From Lingula anatina (lineage: Eukaryota > Animalia > Brachiopoda): a stretch of 64,000 nt of DNA. The DNA is taken from assembly GCA_051362555.1 (NCBI GenBank), contig CM120640.1:13516001-13580000 (forward strand), written 5' to 3'. Shown piece after piece: positions 62,001 to 64,000 of this stretch. A program made the translations under genes and the position numbers. Numbering within the stretch: position 1 is the first letter of the stretch; each line of letters starts with the position of its first letter. Under the pieces are notes generated by a model. The model was not told where the DNA came from. It saw only the letters and a list, made by a program, of their open reading frames with translations, and did not search any database.

Positions 62001-63988
62001 TTTAAAGCAGAAGTCTAGATCTGTGAAGAAGATGTTGCCAGAGCACTGAAAACATCTCCTGTATGCATAGTCACATTTAACACTAAATATAGAAAAACAC
62101 AAATAAAAACAAGTAATTGTGTAAATCACAAAAATAACCATGAAAAAGAAACCTTGCCTGATTGCCTTCATGTCCTTGAATAGACATTTCCCCAAAATAT
62201 ATGGTGCATCCTCAGGTGTAGAGGCCACATAGCGCAGTAACATATCTCCTCTCTTTGGATCAATATCATTGTTCTCAAGAAGGGATATGTTTGCACTGAT
62301 CCTCTTACCATTACCATGGGTTTCAGAATCCTAAAATGTGAAATGTTTTGAAAATATATTCCTTCCTGCATTTTGCATACCACTTGTTATAACTTTTTAA
62401 CACAATATTATAGACACTCAGTGACTGTAATGACTATCTTTTAAAATAAAACTTTATAATTCTAATTTATGGAAGAGGGTGATTAAAAATGATATGCTAA
62501 ATATTTTTTTCTCAGCTAAAATGTTAATTCTGATCTTATCTTTTATAAGATGAATGCAAAAAAATTTGGACTTGCTTGATTATGCCGTTACACCTTATAC
62601 CTTATAGAGCGCTTGAAAGACTGCCTTGTACACTGGCTCCATCTGTGCCCCACTGGTCTCCGCTGCCTTTACTATCTGCTGCAGCCATTTCTTCCTGGCT
62701 TCACCACGAACCCGGTCTGTGTAGGAGCGCTGTGATACAAAACATTTTGCTGTCAATTATTCACTCAGTTTTGAAAAATCATCTATCTTGGTTTTTAAAA
62801 ATGCAGGTGCTTCATCTAATGCTTTACATTCTGCAATTTTCACTTGCTTGCATTATTACTATATAATTTATTAAGGCTGAAACAAAAACCTAACTGAAAA
62901 TTCACTTCAATTACAAGTGAAATTTTACTCACAAAACAAATATTCATTGTCAAAACATACCTCAACACTTGATTCCATAAAGTCAACCATGTAATCAAAC
63001 TCATCTGAGCCTGGGATTTCATCTGCCACTGCTGTCACAAACTCACGGAACTCTCGTTTGCTCAAACGATTGTCAGTTTCATCCTTGCGTAATTTGGATT
63101 TCACTATAAGAAAAATCAAATGCACTGCACTACCTTAATATCTTTATTTAAATATTGCAATTAATTCTAACTAAACCATGTTCTTATGAGCAGCCATGTT
63201 CTTATGAGTTAAAAGATATTTTTTTCTGGATGTTTATCCTACAAATACTTCAAATGAATTGGTGTTTTGAGCAAACGTTTCTGCATGTTGTTTCAAAAAT
63301 GAACTCTACACTCACCCCTGCGCACCGTTTCCTTCTCCATTCCGTCCTTATATTTAGACAATATTGTTTCAATCTCATCCATGTCGAGATATCCTGAACC
63401 ATCATTGTCCCACTTCTCAAATAATCCATCAACTCTAGTCTTACGCTTAGCAGTTACATGTTCTCTGTGAGCCTAAAAAATATGTGAATGAAATATGAAC
63501 AACGTTATCTCAAAACACTAATAAAAAACATTAGAAGAAACAATCTACGCTCAATACTCTATGCAAATGACTCTTTGTAAATGCAAGGTTTTTGTGTTAA
63601 AACAACATGTCCATTATCTTATTTTTAGCCAGGGTTTCAAACTACAAAAAATTGCAATTCTTCAAGAAAGAATGAAATTCCCACAGATAGGAATAGTAAA
63701 TGAAATACTTTTTTAGAATTACCAATTAAATTTTAAAAAGACAAATGAATAAATTAAAAAAAAAAAAAACAAAAACAAACATACAAACCTTGAGCAACCT
63801 CTCTCTCTTTTCTTCCTCCGTCTCCATGTATCCATCCCTGACATAGCGCACCAGGCTGTTGAAGGCCTCCATGCCCGGCTCATCTCCCAGGAAAGTTTCA
63901 ATGAGGTTGACAAACTGAGACACATTAAGTGAGGTTTCATCAAAGGCAGAAGCCTGAGACATGCTCCCAGTGCCTCGTGTCTCCAGAG
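59068..63988 (-). CDS. EFCAB5: EF-hand calcium-binding domain-containing protein 5-like, 3' part (gene continues beyond the window)
   Basis: Exons 63988-63789, 63472-63316, 63103-62961, 62729-62601, 62330-62158, 61677-61584, 61431-61297, 61016-60763, 60548-60298, 60102-59876, 59619-59523, 59240-59068. EF-hand [17 protein letters not shown]; GAF-like [29 protein letters not shown] and [10 protein letters not shown]; second GAF-like segment [29 protein letters not shown]. Confidence 0.85.
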
Positions 63989-64000
63989 CTGAAGGTAAGT

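Overview
AT-rich eukaryotic DNA with GT-AG introns, probably from a marine invertebrate (lophotrochozoan-like; this is an inference from gene content and repeats). I can reconstruct five protein-coding genes by hand. MRPL24 (+, 6406-13144) carries a complete antisense adenosine kinase gene nested in one intron; that ADK has an intronless core and a candidate NLS-bearing long isoform. A very large HELZ2-like gene (-, 40012-14687) encodes a TPR-like N-terminus, CCCH/C2H2 fingers, a degenerate helicase 1, an intact RNB nuclease and helicase 2. SUGP1 (-) is complete and EFCAB5 (-) is present only as its 3' part. Introns and intergenic DNA hold many non-autonomous DNA elements (PIF/Harbinger-type with TWA TSDs, CAG-ended elements with 5-bp TSDs, Helentron/HINE-like elements with an internal 145-bp tandem array) and a 5'-truncated LINE. 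The most notable observations are: (1) a Harbinger-type MITE in a HELZ2 intron that has captured a 98%-identical 276-bp copy of a nearby HELZ2 exon; (2) an intragenic tandem duplication of the RecA2 half of HELZ2 helicase 2, with one copy degenerate; (3) a consensus ISRE plus an NF-kB site upstream of HELZ2, together with an in-frame uORF; (4) the nested ADK gene. All exon boundaries were read manually and have no transcript support.
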